The notes under the pieces are model-generated. The model had not been told where the DNA came from. It worked only from the letters and a program-made list of their open reading frames with translations, and ran no database searches. A stretch of 35,502 nt of DNA from Actinomycetota bacterium (GTDB lineage: Bacteria > Actinomycetota > Actinomycetes > S36-B12), in contig VGBQ01000002.1 in the NCBI GenBank assembly GCA_016870425.1, positions 1 to 35,502 of the forward strand, given 5' to 3'. This document shows, piece by piece, positions 26,946 through 35,502 of the stretch (its first letter is position 1; each line of letters opens with the position of its first letter). A program made the translations under genes and the position numbers.

Positions 26946-27970
26946 GCAGATCGGGTCGCGAACTGGACGAGGACGACGTCCGCGTCCGGCCGGGGCGACG
27001 CAAGTCACGCCCCCGCTCGAAGGACAGGCCCACCTTCGACCAGGCCCTCCCGGGCACGGTCATCACCGTCGACCGCGGCAGGTTCACGGTCGCCATGGAC
27101 GACGGTGACGAGGTCCTCGCGGTCAAGGCGCGCGAGATCGGGCGCAAGGGAGTGGTCGTCGGCGACCATGTCGGTCTCATGACCGACGCGCGACCGGGCA
27201 CCGAGTCACTCGGGCGCATCGTGCGCGTGGACGAGCGCTCGACTGTGCTGCGGCGTACAGCCGACGACGACGACCCGGTCGAGCGCGTGATCGTGGCCAA
27301 TGCCGATCAGCTCGCCGTCGTCGTCGCCACCGTCGATCCCGAGCCGCGGCTGGGCTTCATCGACCGGGCATTCGTGGCCGCCTACGACGCGGGCATTGAG
27401 CCCCTCCTCATCATCACCAAGGCCGACCTCGCCGATCCCGGTCCGCTCATCCAGGCCTATGCCGCACTCGATGTCATCGCCATCCCGATCGCGCGCGGCG
27501 ATGGCAAGCGACCCCGCGAGGCGGACCTGGATGCCGTGCTCGCGCACCTCGTGGGCAGGACCACCGTGCTCGTCGGTCACTCCGGAGTGGGGAAGTCGAC
27601 GCTGGTCAACGCCTTGGTCCCGGGCGCCACGCGCGCCACGGGCCACGTCAACGCGGTCACCGGCAGAGGGCGTCACACCTCGACGTCAGCGCTGGCCCTG
27701 CGACTGCCTCGCGGCGGATGGATCGTCGACACGCCGGGGGTGCGGTCGTTCGGTTTGGCGCATGTGACGCCGGACGCCGTCATCTCCGCCTTCGACGATC
27801 TTGCCGCGGGGCTCGATGCGTGTCCGCGCGGCTGCACGCACGAGGGCGCGGACTGCGCCCTCGACGCCTATGTCGGCGACGATGAGCACCTGCGAGCCCG
27901 GCTGGACTCCCTGCGTCGCCTGCTGCAATCGCGCGGTGGATCCGAGGACTCAGGTGCCGACCCTGCCTAG
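26942..27970 (+). CDS. rsgA: Ribosome small-subunit-dependent GTPase A
   Basis: Circularly permuted GTPase motifs (ITKADL ... [14 protein letters not shown]) and a C-terminal zinc knuckle ([12 protein letters not shown]). ATG 26942 overlaps the aroA stop (ATGA). Confidence 0.88.
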   Translation: MSRSGRELDEDDVRVRPGRRKSRPRSKDRPTFDQALPGTVITVDRGRFTVAMDDGDEVLAVKAREIGRKGVVVGDHVGLMTDARPGTESLGRIVRVDERSTVLRRTADDDDPVERVIVANADQLAVVVATVDPEPRLGFIDRAFVAAYDAGIEPLLIITKADLADPGPLIQAYAALDVIAIPIARGDGKRPREADLDAVLAHLVGRTTVLVGHSGVGKSTLVNALVPGATRATGHVNAVTGRGRHTSTSALALRLPRGGWIVDTPGVRSFGLAHVTPDAVISAFDDLAAGLDACPRGCTHEGADCALDAYVGDDEHLRARLDSLRRLLQSRGGSEDSGADPA

Positions 27971-28467
27971 CAGGCATCCCAGAGTCCGGCCCTGGCGTTG
28001 CGGGCACGGGACTCCGCCTGCCGGAAGTCGCTCTGGTGGGCGTAGCCGTCGGTGTAGGTGACCTCTTCGGCAAAGCCTTCGGCGATGAGGATCTCGTTGA
28101 GCATCGTGTCGGCGTCGAGCCAGACGAAGGCAAGCGTGCGGTCGTACTTGTCGGTCAGTCCCGAGGCCTCGTCGTACTCCAGCCACACCTCGCCGCCCGT
28201 GACGAGGTCGGTCGTGCGCTCCGAGGCTTCGGGGCCGAAGCACTCCACGGGACGATCGGGGGCGACGGTCTCGGGTGTGTCGAGGCCGATGAGGCGGACG
28301 ACGATTTCCTCACCTCCACGAACGACGCGGATCGTGTCGCCGTCGACGGCGCGCACGACGGGATACGGCCCGTGCAGGACCCCGGGCGATGTGTCAGAGG
28401 CACCACCCGGCGACGAGCACCCGGCGACGACCAGGACCGCACTGAGGGCGGCGACGATGATCCGCAC
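27967..28467 (-). CDS. Thermonuclease (SNase) family lipoprotein
   Basis: Lipobox LVVAGC, then VVRAVDGDTIRV...RLIGLDTPE...DKYDRTLAFVW, which matches the staphylococcal-nuclease fold. GTG start. Confidence 0.82.
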   Translation of the reverse strand: MRIIVAALSAVLVVAGCSSPGGASDTSPGVLHGPYPVVRAVDGDTIRVVRGGEEIVVRLIGLDTPETVAPDRPVECFGPEASERTTDLVTGGEVWLEYDEASGLTDKYDRTLAFVWLDADTMLNEILIAEGFAEEVTYTDGYAHQSDFRQAESRARNARAGLWDAC

Positions 28468-28468
28468 G

Positions 28469-28924
28469 TCAGCCGGGTTGCGTGTTGTCGATGATGGCCT
28501 TCCAGGTCGCCTCGGCGCCCGTGTGGCCGGTGCGGATGGTCCAGCCGGTGACGATGAGCGCGGCCACGATGACGATCACCGCCACGATCTGCGTGCCGAT
28601 GTCCCGCGCACCGCGCCGGTCGAGCAGCCACAGCAGCACGACCGCCACGAGGAAGCCGGCGGCGATGAAGGGCAGCAGGGAGCCGGCCTGCGCGTGGACC
28701 TCGGGGTTGCCGACACGCTCGGCGAACTCCTCCCCCGAGATGCGACTCGCGAAGGCAGCGACAGTGCCGGCAGCCGCGACGGCCACGACCACGGGCCCGA
28801 ATCGGATCGAGAACCGGCGCGAGAAGCCCATGATCAATGCGCCGAGCGCCGCCAGGGGCAGCAGCACGACGGCGGCGTGGACCACCAGGGTGTGCGTGGG
28901 CAGGCCGAAGATCGTGTCCGACAT
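28469..28924 (-). CDS. DUF2231-like membrane protein
   Basis: 151 aa with four TM segments and an N-terminal GLPTHTLVVHAAVVLLPLA motif. Its stop is 1 nt from the nuclease start, which suggests an operon. Confidence 0.6.
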   Translation of the reverse strand: MSDTIFGLPTHTLVVHAAVVLLPLAALGALIMGFSRRFSIRFGPVVVAVAAAGTVAAFASRISGEEFAERVGNPEVHAQAGSLLPFIAAGFLVAVVLLWLLDRRGARDIGTQIVAVIVIVAALIVTGWTIRTGHTGAEATWKAIIDNTQPG

Positions 28925-28959
28925 GCGCCCAGGCTACGGCCGGTCGCTACCGTGTGCCC

Positions 28960-29733
28960 GTGACGACACCGGATGGGCTTGCCGCGGATCTGGCACTCGC
29001 TCTCGAACTCGCCGACGGGGCCGATGCCATCACGATGGCTCACGCGCAGCGCACGGACCTGCGGGTCGAGACCAAGCCCGATATGTCCCCGGTGACCGAA
29101 GCGGATCAGGCCACGGAGCTGGCGCTGCGGGAGGGTATCGCCGTGGCACGCCCGGACGACGCGATCGTCGGCGAGGAGTACGGCGGGGACGCGGCAACCG
29201 GCCGACGATGGATCCTGGATCCCATCGATGGCACCAAGAACTACGTGCGCCGGGTGCCGGTGTGGTCGACGCTCATCGCACTGGCCGACGACGCGGGGAT
29301 CCAGGTGGGCGTCGTCAGCGCACCGGCACTCGGACGACGTTGGTGGGCGGCACGCGGACACGGAGCCTGGGCAACCGGACCCGAGTCTGCTGAGCCACGA
29401 CGGATCCATGCGAGTTCCGTCGCGGACCTCGCCGACGCGTCCTTCTCCTTCAGCGACCCGGAGAACTGGGATCGACGGGTGCTCGATGAGCTGATCGAAC
29501 GCACCTGGCGCACCCGGGCCTACGGGGATTTCTGGTCGCACATGCTCGTAGCGGAGGGCGCGGTGGACATCGCGGCGGAGGTCGGTCTCGGCGTATGGGA
29601 CTTCGCGGCTCTCGTGCCTGTCATCGAAGAAGCAGGCGGTCGATTCGCGAATGTCGAGCGGCCCTCAGGGCCCGTATCGCTGACGACCAATGCCCCGCTC
29701 CACGACACCGTCCTGAGGATCGTCGCCGAGTGA
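28960..29733 (+). CDS. hisN: Inositol monophosphatase family protein, probably histidinol-phosphatase HisN
   Basis: DMSPVTEADQATE, WILDPIDGTKNY and WDFAALVPVIEEAGG. I chose the GTG start at 28960; the longer ORF overlaps the divergent DUF2231 gene. Confidence 0.72.
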   Translation: MTTPDGLAADLALALELADGADAITMAHAQRTDLRVETKPDMSPVTEADQATELALREGIAVARPDDAIVGEEYGGDAATGRRWILDPIDGTKNYVRRVPVWSTLIALADDAGIQVGVVSAPALGRRWWAARGHGAWATGPESAEPRRIHASSVADLADASFSFSDPENWDRRVLDELIERTWRTRAYGDFWSHMLVAEGAVDIAAEVGLGVWDFAALVPVIEEAGGRFANVERPSGPVSLTTNAPLHDTVLRIVAE

Positions 29734-29775
29734 CCGCACCCGCCGCGTGACTCGTCGCGCGCACAAGCGCCGCCG

Positions 29776-30327
29776 TCAGGCGGTGCGCACCCACCACGAG
29801 ACATCAGCGAGTTCCTCGGTGAGCGCGAAGCCGGCACGCTCGAGCACTTGCCTGCTCGGCGTATTGCCGGCGTCGCACTCGGCGCGCACGACTACGGCAC
29901 CGCGGTCGAAAGCGCGCTCGACGAGGGCTGCGACTGCCTCGGTGGCCAGTCCCCGGCCCTGAGCGGCAGCCGCCAGGCCGTAGCCGATCTCGACGGTGCC
30001 CTCATCGTCAGGTGCTCCCTTGAAGCCTGCGCCACCGACGAGCAGGCTCGTCTCGCGCTCGATGAGCTGCCACGGGCCCCACTCCCCGGCGGCGAGGTGT
30101 CCCTCGGCGACGAGGCTTGCCCTCACGAGGTCGCCCTCCGTGGGATAGCCGTCGATGGCGGGACCGACCTGCCCCTCGAGCAGCGCTCGCCAGGTCCCCA
30201 GCCCGGGGGCCACCAGGTCGAGGCGCTCGGTCGTGATCCGCACGGAGGGATTGGACCACACGCGGGGATGGGCCCATGTCGCGATTGAGTCGCGGGCCTT
30301 GCCACGGGCGCCCGAGTAGATCAGCAT
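29776..30327 (-). CDS. GNAT-family N-acetyltransferase (RimJ/RimL-like)
   Basis: ITTERLDLV near the N-terminus, GYGLAAAAQGRGLATEAVAALVERAF, and NTPSRQVLERAGF. Start is ATG 30327 or, perhaps more likely, GTG 30261. Confidence 0.75.
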   Translation of the reverse strand: MLIYSGARGKARDSIATWAHPRVWSNPSVRITTERLDLVAPGLGTWRALLEGQVGPAIDGYPTEGDLVRASLVAEGHLAAGEWGPWQLIERETSLLVGGAGFKGAPDDEGTVEIGYGLAAAAQGRGLATEAVAALVERAFDRGAVVVRAECDAGNTPSRQVLERAGFALTEELADVSWWVRTA

Positions 30328-30346
30328 GGGAGCGGAGGTGGTCGCC

Positions 30347-30796
30347 ATGAAGATCTCAGCCATCCTCGCCGCCAAGGGTGCCGACACCGTCACCATCGCA
30401 CCCGACGCCAGCGTCTCGGAGCTGATCACCCTGCTTGCCGATCACGGCATCGGGGCCGTCGTGGTCTCCGCAGACGGCCACCAGATCGACGGCATCGTCT
30501 CGGAGCGCGATGTCGTCCGCGCGATGGCGGCCGATCCCGATGCCGGTCGCACGGGAGGCGTGCGCCCCAGGCCGGTGAGCGCCATCATGACGGCCCATGT
30601 CGCCACGATCGCGCCCGACGACGACGTGGACCATGCCATGCAGCTGATGACCGCGGGCCGCTTCCGACACCTGCCCGTCGCCATCGAGGGATCCCTCGCT
30701 GGCATCGTGAGCATCGGCGATGTGGTCAAGGTGCGACTGCAGGCGCTCGAGGACGAGCGCGCCGCCCTGGTCGATTACGTCACCCGCGGCGGCTAG
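30347..30796 (+). CDS. CBS-pair domain protein (Hrp1-like)
   Basis: Two CBS repeats (GIGAVVVSADGHQIDGIVSERDVVRA and FRHLPVAIEGSLAGIVSIGDVVK). GGAGCGGAGG lies upstream of ATG 30347. Confidence 0.82.
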   Translation: MKISAILAAKGADTVTIAPDASVSELITLLADHGIGAVVVSADGHQIDGIVSERDVVRAMAADPDAGRTGGVRPRPVSAIMTAHVATIAPDDDVDHAMQLMTAGRFRHLPVAIEGSLAGIVSIGDVVKVRLQALEDERAALVDYVTRGG

Positions 30797-32193
30797 CGCG
30801 GGCGCACGATCAGTGGCAGCGCACCTGCCGGTCGCAAGGTGACGAGCGGCACGGCGCGGGGATCCGGCTCGCCAGGCACGCGCTCCACGCGCACGTGCTG
30901 CAGCAGCGAAGCCAGCACCGAGATCGACTCGAGATAGGCGAAGTCCTTGCCCACGCACATGCGCGGGCCCAGGCCGAAGGGCCAGTAGGCCGCGTCATCG
31001 GCCGCTCCCCCGCGCTGCTCTCCGAGGAAGCGCTCCGGATCGAATCTCTCCGGCTCGGGCCACATCCTCGGATCGCGCTGCGCCAGGTACGGCGTCATGA
31101 TCACGAGCGAGTCCGCGGGGATTTCGCGGCCTCCGAGCACGTCGGGCTCCATCGCGCGACGCGTGACCAGCCAGACGGGCGGATACAGCCGCATGGCCTC
31201 GTCGATGACCGCGCGCAGGTAGGCAAGATTCGGCAGGTCATCGCCGCGGATGCTCCGCCCTCCCAGCACCTCATCGACCTCCACTATCGCGTGCTGCTGC
31301 GACACCGGGTCGCCGGCGAGCAGCCACAGGGCCCAGGTCAGCGCACTCGCGGCCGTCTCGTGGCCGGCCACCATGAAGGAGACGAGCTCGTCGCGGACCT
31401 CGCGCAGGGGGATCGGATCCTCGCCGTCGAGTGCCGCGACGAGCAGGCCGAGCAGATCAGCACGCGGCGCTGTCTCGGCGAGGCGTCGCTGCACCATGCG
31501 ATGCACCGCCTCGTCGAGCTCGCGCGTGGCGCGACGCAGTGAGCGCTGCGACGGCGTCCAGGCGGGCAGCCGGACCGGGATCTGGGCGGAGGACACGACG
31601 ACGTCAAGGGCCTCGAGGGTGGCACGCGCCAGCCGATCGGCATCGCTGGACAGGTCGGTGCCAAAGAGCGAGGCCGCCACGGTCTCGAGGGCCACGCGCA
31701 TCATGGCCTCATCGATGTCGATCACCGCCCCCCGCGAGGTGTCGCCCCATCGCACAAGAAGCTCCTCGGTGGCAGCTGCGGCATGCCCGACGACCGCCTC
31801 CAGGCTGGCCCGGTGGAAGGCCGGCTGGACCATACGTCGCTGCCGCCGCCAGATGTCTCCGGACGTCGTGAGCAGGCCTTCGCCCGTGACGAGGGAGAGG
31901 GACCTGTACTGCACGGTGGCCTTGTCGTAGGCCCGCGAGCGATCCACGAGGACCCGGCGCACGGCAGCCGGATCCGCGACGAGATAGCTGGCCGGGGAGG
32001 GAATGGGGAACTGCACCACCGGGCCGTAGACCTGCGTCATCCGCTGCAGAAAGCCCAGCGGATCGCTGCGGATCTCGCGCAACCGGGCCAGCATCTGCGG
32101 ACCCGACGGGCCCGGCGCCGTCGCCGGCGTACGGAAGTAGCGGCGATCGGGGACCCCGTCGCGCGAGACCGCTTCCGCCTGGTCGATCGCCAC
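30793..32193 (-). CDS. Cytochrome P450
   Basis: Heme-binding loop [14 protein letters not shown], ExxR (EAMRLYPP) and I-helix AGHETAA. Confidence 0.9.
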   Translation of the reverse strand: MAIDQAEAVSRDGVPDRRYFRTPATAPGPSGPQMLARLREIRSDPLGFLQRMTQVYGPVVQFPIPSPASYLVADPAAVRRVLVDRSRAYDKATVQYRSLSLVTGEGLLTTSGDIWRRQRRMVQPAFHRASLEAVVGHAAAATEELLVRWGDTSRGAVIDIDEAMMRVALETVAASLFGTDLSSDADRLARATLEALDVVVSSAQIPVRLPAWTPSQRSLRRATRELDEAVHRMVQRRLAETAPRADLLGLLVAALDGEDPIPLREVRDELVSFMVAGHETAASALTWALWLLAGDPVSQQHAIVEVDEVLGGRSIRGDDLPNLAYLRAVIDEAMRLYPPVWLVTRRAMEPDVLGGREIPADSLVIMTPYLAQRDPRMWPEPERFDPERFLGEQRGGAADDAAYWPFGLGPRMCVGKDFAYLESISVLASLLQHVRVERVPGEPDPRAVPLVTLRPAGALPLIVRPR

Positions 32194-32281
32194 ACCGGGA
32201 GCCTACGGCCCTGCATCGAGCCCACGGCCTGCGCTCGGCGCGCAGGAAGCGGCAGGATGGGGCCGTGATCAGGAGGGGACC

Positions 32282-33955
32282 ATGACGATCCACCCGCGCG
32301 CCGGACAGCCCGCCGAGGAAGGTGACCTCATCGACGTCGCCGCACTGGTGACCGCCTATTACACCGGCCATCCGGATGTCGATGACCCAGCGCAGCGGGT
32401 GGCGTTCGGGACATCCGGGCATCGCGGCTCGTCGTTCGCCGATGCCTTCAACGACGATCACATCGCGGCGACCACCCAGGCCATCGTCGAGTACCGCAAG
32501 AAGCAGGGCATCAACGGCCCGCTCTTCCTCGGCAGGGACAGCCACGCACTCAGCCAGCCGGCTTGGGCGACCGCGCTCGAGGTGCTCGCCGCTCACGGTG
32601 TCACCGTGATGATCGACGCACGTGACGCTCTCACGCCCACTCCGGCGATCTCCCACGCCATCCTGCGCCACAACGCGGGTCGATCGACGACCGATCCCGG
32701 CCGCGCCGATGGCATCGTCGTCACCCCCAGTCACAATCCGCCCCGCGACGGCGGCTTCAAGTACAACCCGCCCGATGGCGGCCCAGCGGGATCAGATATC
32801 ACGTCGGTGATCCAGGACCGCGCCAACGAGTTGCTCGCGGCGGGCCTGGAGGGCGTGCGCCGCGTGACACTCCCCCGCGCACGCGCCGCCGCCACGACGC
32901 ATTCCTATGACTATCTGCGCCACTACGTCGATGATCTGCCCGCGGTGGTCAACATCGACGCCGTCCGGGGCGCGGGCGTGCGCATCGGCGCCGACCCGCT
33001 CGGCGGAGCGAGCGTGGACTACTGGGGCGCGATCGCGGAGGCCTACGACCTCGATCTGACGATCGTGAATCCGCGCGTGGATCCCACGTGGCGCTTCATG
33101 ACGCTGGACTGGGATGGCAATATCCGCATGGACTGCTCCTCGCCCTATGCGATGGCCACGCTCATCGAGCGTAGATCCGACTACGACATCGCAACGGGCA
33201 ACGACGCCGACTCCGACCGACATGGCATCGTCACGCCCGATGGCGGCCTGATGAATCCCAATCACTTCCTCGCCGTGGCCGTCGACTATCTCTTCGCTCG
33301 GCGCGACGGATGGCGATCAGACGCCGCCGTCGGCAAGACTGTCGTGAGCTCCTCCATGATCGATCGCGTCACAGCGGCGCTCGGACGTCGCCTCTGGGAG
33401 GTGCCGGCGGGCTTCAAGTGGTTTGTCCCCGGCCTCGTCGATGGCAGCGTGGGCTTCGGCGGCGAGGAGTCCGCCGGCGCGTCGTTTCTCCGCCGCGACG
33501 GATCGGTCTGGACCACAGACAAGGACGGCATCATCCTCGCCCTGCTCGCTTCCGAGATCCTGGCGGAGACCGGCGCATCACCCTCGCACCGCTATCGAGA
33601 GCTCACCGAGCTCCACGGCGACCCGGCGTACGCCCGCATCGATGCGCCCGCCACACGCGAGCAGAAGGCCGCGCTGGGCGCGCTGACTCCCGAGCAGGTC
33701 ACGTCCACCGAACTCGCCGGAGAGGCAATCACGCGCGTCCTGACTCGAGCACCGGGCAACGATGCGCCCATCGGCGGCCTCAAGGTGGAGTCCGCGAGCG
33801 CGTGGTTCGCCGCGCGTCCCTCGGGGACGGAGGATGTCTACAAGATCTACGCCGAGTCCTTCCGGGGAGTCGAGCACCTTGCACGGGTGCAGGAGGCCGC
33901 ACGGGAGGTCGTCGACGCGGCACTCTCGGGCACATCAGGACGGGGCGGGACATGA
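32282..33955 (+). CDS. pgm: Phosphoglucomutase, alpha-D-glucose phosphate-specific
   Basis: Phosphoserine loop [15 protein letters not shown], metal loop [12 protein letters not shown] and GGEESAG. At 557 aa the length fits the Pgm type. Confidence 0.9.
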   Translation: MTIHPRAGQPAEEGDLIDVAALVTAYYTGHPDVDDPAQRVAFGTSGHRGSSFADAFNDDHIAATTQAIVEYRKKQGINGPLFLGRDSHALSQPAWATALEVLAAHGVTVMIDARDALTPTPAISHAILRHNAGRSTTDPGRADGIVVTPSHNPPRDGGFKYNPPDGGPAGSDITSVIQDRANELLAAGLEGVRRVTLPRARAAATTHSYDYLRHYVDDLPAVVNIDAVRGAGVRIGADPLGGASVDYWGAIAEAYDLDLTIVNPRVDPTWRFMTLDWDGNIRMDCSSPYAMATLIERRSDYDIATGNDADSDRHGIVTPDGGLMNPNHFLAVAVDYLFARRDGWRSDAAVGKTVVSSSMIDRVTAALGRRLWEVPAGFKWFVPGLVDGSVGFGGEESAGASFLRRDGSVWTTDKDGIILALLASEILAETGASPSHRYRELTELHGDPAYARIDAPATREQKAALGALTPEQVTSTELAGEAITRVLTRAPGNDAPIGGLKVESASAWFAARPSGTEDVYKIYAESFRGVEHLARVQEAAREVVDAALSGTSGRGGT

Positions 33956-34956
33956 CCGTGACCACGCACACGGAGGCGACATCGGCCGGTGAGGTCACGG
34001 TCGTCGAAGTCGCGCTGCCGCGCATGCGCGTGCAACTGCTCTCGCTGGGCGCCGCCATCCGTGAGGTACAGGTGCCCGACCGCGAGGGCACCCTCGGGGG
34101 GGTGCACCTGGCGCTGCCCACGGTTGCCGATCACGCCGACGCCGCGCTCAACCCCCACCTGGGCGGCACCCTGGGGAGATACGCCAATCGGATCGCCGGA
34201 GGCAGCTTCGCCCTCGACGGGTCGACGTACCACCTCGACGTCAACAACGGGCCCAACACCCTGCACGGCGGTGCCCTCGGGTGGGACCGGCTCGTGTGGG
34301 CGCTGGCCGAGGTCGACGACGGCCCCGAGGCGCGCGTCGTCTTCACTCTCACGAGCCCCGATGGCGACATGGGATTCCCGGGCACGGTGCAGGCGAGCAG
34401 CACCTATGTCGTGTCGGACGGCCGCATCGCCATGACCTACGAGGCGACCACGGATGCGCCGACCGTGGTGAGCGTGGCCAACCACGGCTACTGGAATCTC
34501 GCGGGCGGAGCATCCATCGCCGATCACGAACTGTGCGTGCCCGCCGAGCAGCGCCTGATCTGCGATCCCTCGCAGATCCCCATCGGAGTGGCGGAGGTCG
34601 CGGGCACCGCGCATGACCTGCGCGAGATGACGTCGCTCGGGCCGGTGCTGCAGGCCACCGACGGACTCGACGACTGCTATCTCCTCGGCCCCGAAGGCGG
34701 GCCCGTCGACTTCGCCGCGGAGTTGCGCCATCCGGGCAGCGGCCGGACGCTCACGGTGTCGACCGATGCGCCGGGGCTGCAGGTCTACACCGGCAACAAC
34801 CTGCACGCCCCTTTCGCACGGCACCAGTCGGTGTCGCTCGAGGCCCAGCGCCTCCCCGACGCCCCCAACCAACCCGCACTCGGACCGTGCATCCTGCGCC
34901 CCGGCGAGAGGTACGCCGCGACGACGATCCTGGAGTTCAGCGCCTCACCGCACTAG
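33952..34956 (+). CDS. Aldose 1-epimerase (galactose mutarotase family)
   Basis: [33 protein letters not shown], and [12 protein letters not shown] 33952 overlaps the pgm stop (ATGA); the longer listed ORF is an artefact. Confidence 0.85.
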   Translation: MTVTTHTEATSAGEVTVVEVALPRMRVQLLSLGAAIREVQVPDREGTLGGVHLALPTVADHADAALNPHLGGTLGRYANRIAGGSFALDGSTYHLDVNNGPNTLHGGALGWDRLVWALAEVDDGPEARVVFTLTSPDGDMGFPGTVQASSTYVVSDGRIAMTYEATTDAPTVVSVANHGYWNLAGGASIADHELCVPAEQRLICDPSQIPIGVAEVAGTAHDLREMTSLGPVLQATDGLDDCYLLGPEGGPVDFAAELRHPGSGRTLTVSTDAPGLQVYTGNNLHAPFARHQSVSLEAQRLPDAPNQPALGPCILRPGERYAATTILEFSASPH

Positions 34957-34959
34957 GAC

Positions 34960-35130
34960 CTAGGACGGGTTGTCGCGGTTGTAGAGCTCCCACTCGTCGA
35001 TCTGCGTGCCGTCGGGAAGCGTGCAGACGCCGGTGTCGAGATTGACCGTCCCACCCAACTCCTCGCAGTACGCCGTCGAGGCTACGCCCGACGTGCCGTC
35101 GCGGGCACGCACTAGGCTGGCGTTTCGCAC
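34960..35130 (-). CDS. DUF333-like small protein, possibly a remnant with no signal peptide
   Basis: The C-terminal sequence AYCEELGGTVNLDTGVCTLPDGTQIDEWELYNRDN matches the DUF333 pattern (YC..GG....C.lPDG...deW). The rest of the 142-aa ORF overlaps the ADH gene on the other strand, so I trimmed it to GTG 35130. Confidence 0.4.
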   Translation of the reverse strand: MRNASLVRARDGTSGVASTAYCEELGGTVNLDTGVCTLPDGTQIDEWELYNRDNPS

Positions 35131-35154
35131 ATTCCATCGAGCCGGAGGATCCCC

Positions 35155-35502
35155 ATGCAGGCACGGGCCTATGCGGCAGCGCAGGCCGGGGCGCGCCTGG
35201 CGCCCACCGTCATCGAGCGCCGCGAGGTCGGCCCCCGCGACGTCAGCATCGAGATCGATGCCTGCGGGGTCTGCCACTCCGACATCCACCAGGCGGAAGC
35301 CGACTGGGGCATGGACATCTTCCCCATGGTCCCCGGCCACGAGATCGTCGGGCGCGTGACCGAGATCGGCTCGGACGTCACCCAGCACCGCGTCGGCGAC
35401 CGCGTCGGGGTCGGCTGCTACGTCGCCTCGTGTCGCGTCTGTCCCGCGTGCGAGGCGGGTGACGAGAACTACTGCCCCGACTGGTCGACGACCTACAACG
35501 GC
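35155..35502 (+). CDS. Zinc-dependent NAD(P) alcohol dehydrogenase (cinnamyl-ADH/YahK-like). The 3' end is truncated by the window edge.
   Basis: GGAGGA lies 5 nt before ATG 35155. Hand translation gives MQARAYAA...IEIDACGVCHSDIH...PMVPGHEIVGRV...CRVCPACEAGDENYC, which carries the catalytic and structural Zn ligands. The frame is open to the end of the window. Confidence 0.85.
   Translation, partial: MQARAYAAAQAGARLAPTVIERREVGPRDVSIEIDACGVCHSDIHQAEADWGMDIFPMVPGHEIVGRVTEIGSDVTQHRVGDRVGVGCYVASCRVCPACEAGDENYCPDWSTTYNG

Noticed and set aside
29734-29790. GC-rich hairpin (GCGCCGCC-gtca-GGCGGTGCGC) between the convergent hisN and GNAT genes, considered as a bidirectional terminator.
   Set aside because: The stem overlaps the GNAT stop codon and coding end, and there is no U-tract on either side. 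The evidence is insufficient to call a terminator.
1-35502. Search for CRISPR arrays, tandem or interspersed repeats, tRNA/rRNA genes, transposases, integrases, toxin-antitoxin pairs, or known defence-system signatures (restriction-modification systems, Abi genes, retron reverse transcriptases and the like).
   Set aside because: None were seen on either strand by eye. Intergenic space is minimal and every sizeable ORF has an ordinary metabolic, regulatory or envelope assignment. The one exception is the RHS fragment, which is reported as a finding. A computational repeat and HMM scan is still advisable.

Overview
This is a high-GC actinobacterial chromosomal window, almost fully coding, and mostly core housekeeping genes. 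From left to right it holds kgd (5' end cut by the window edge), a DUF6104 micro-gene, an MFS transporter and a malic enzyme. Next come the Ni-superoxide dismutase pair sodX/sodN. An accessory-looking stretch (about 7.1-13.2 kb) follows, with a C45 peptidase, a two-gene GMC flavoprotein dehydrogenase, an amine oxidase and an isolated truncated RHS/YD-repeat protein that has an unrecognised C-terminal domain. After a POT peptide transporter, the window enters a block that, as I recall it, is syntenic with M. tuberculosis Rv3216-Rv3228: GNAT, membrane protein, DAG-kinase-like protein, whiB1, pdtaS, TB7.3, rshA, sigH, an SRAP peptidase, aroA and rsgA. Here that block is interrupted between pdtaS and TB7.3 by four units: a TPP enzyme preceded by a 28-codon micro-ORF rich in branched-chain residues, an M23 peptidase behind a ydaO-type c-di-AMP riboswitch, a decayed P-type ATPase relic, and a thioesterase-GNAT fusion. 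The right end carries a thermonuclease lipoprotein, a DUF2231 protein, hisN-like, GNAT, CBS-pair and P450 genes, pgm, an aldose epimerase, a DUF333 remnant and the start of a Zn alcohol dehydrogenase. Four elements are absent from the ORF track: the riboswitch, a 24-aa bL37 gene, the 58-aa DUF6104 gene and a GGAAT-N18-GTT SigH-type promoter. I found no tRNA or rRNA genes, CRISPR arrays, transposases or integrases, and no convincing multi-gene defence system. The two most unusual items are the orphan RHS fragment and the micro-ORF overlapping the TPP enzyme start. Both are hypotheses that need database and experimental checks.
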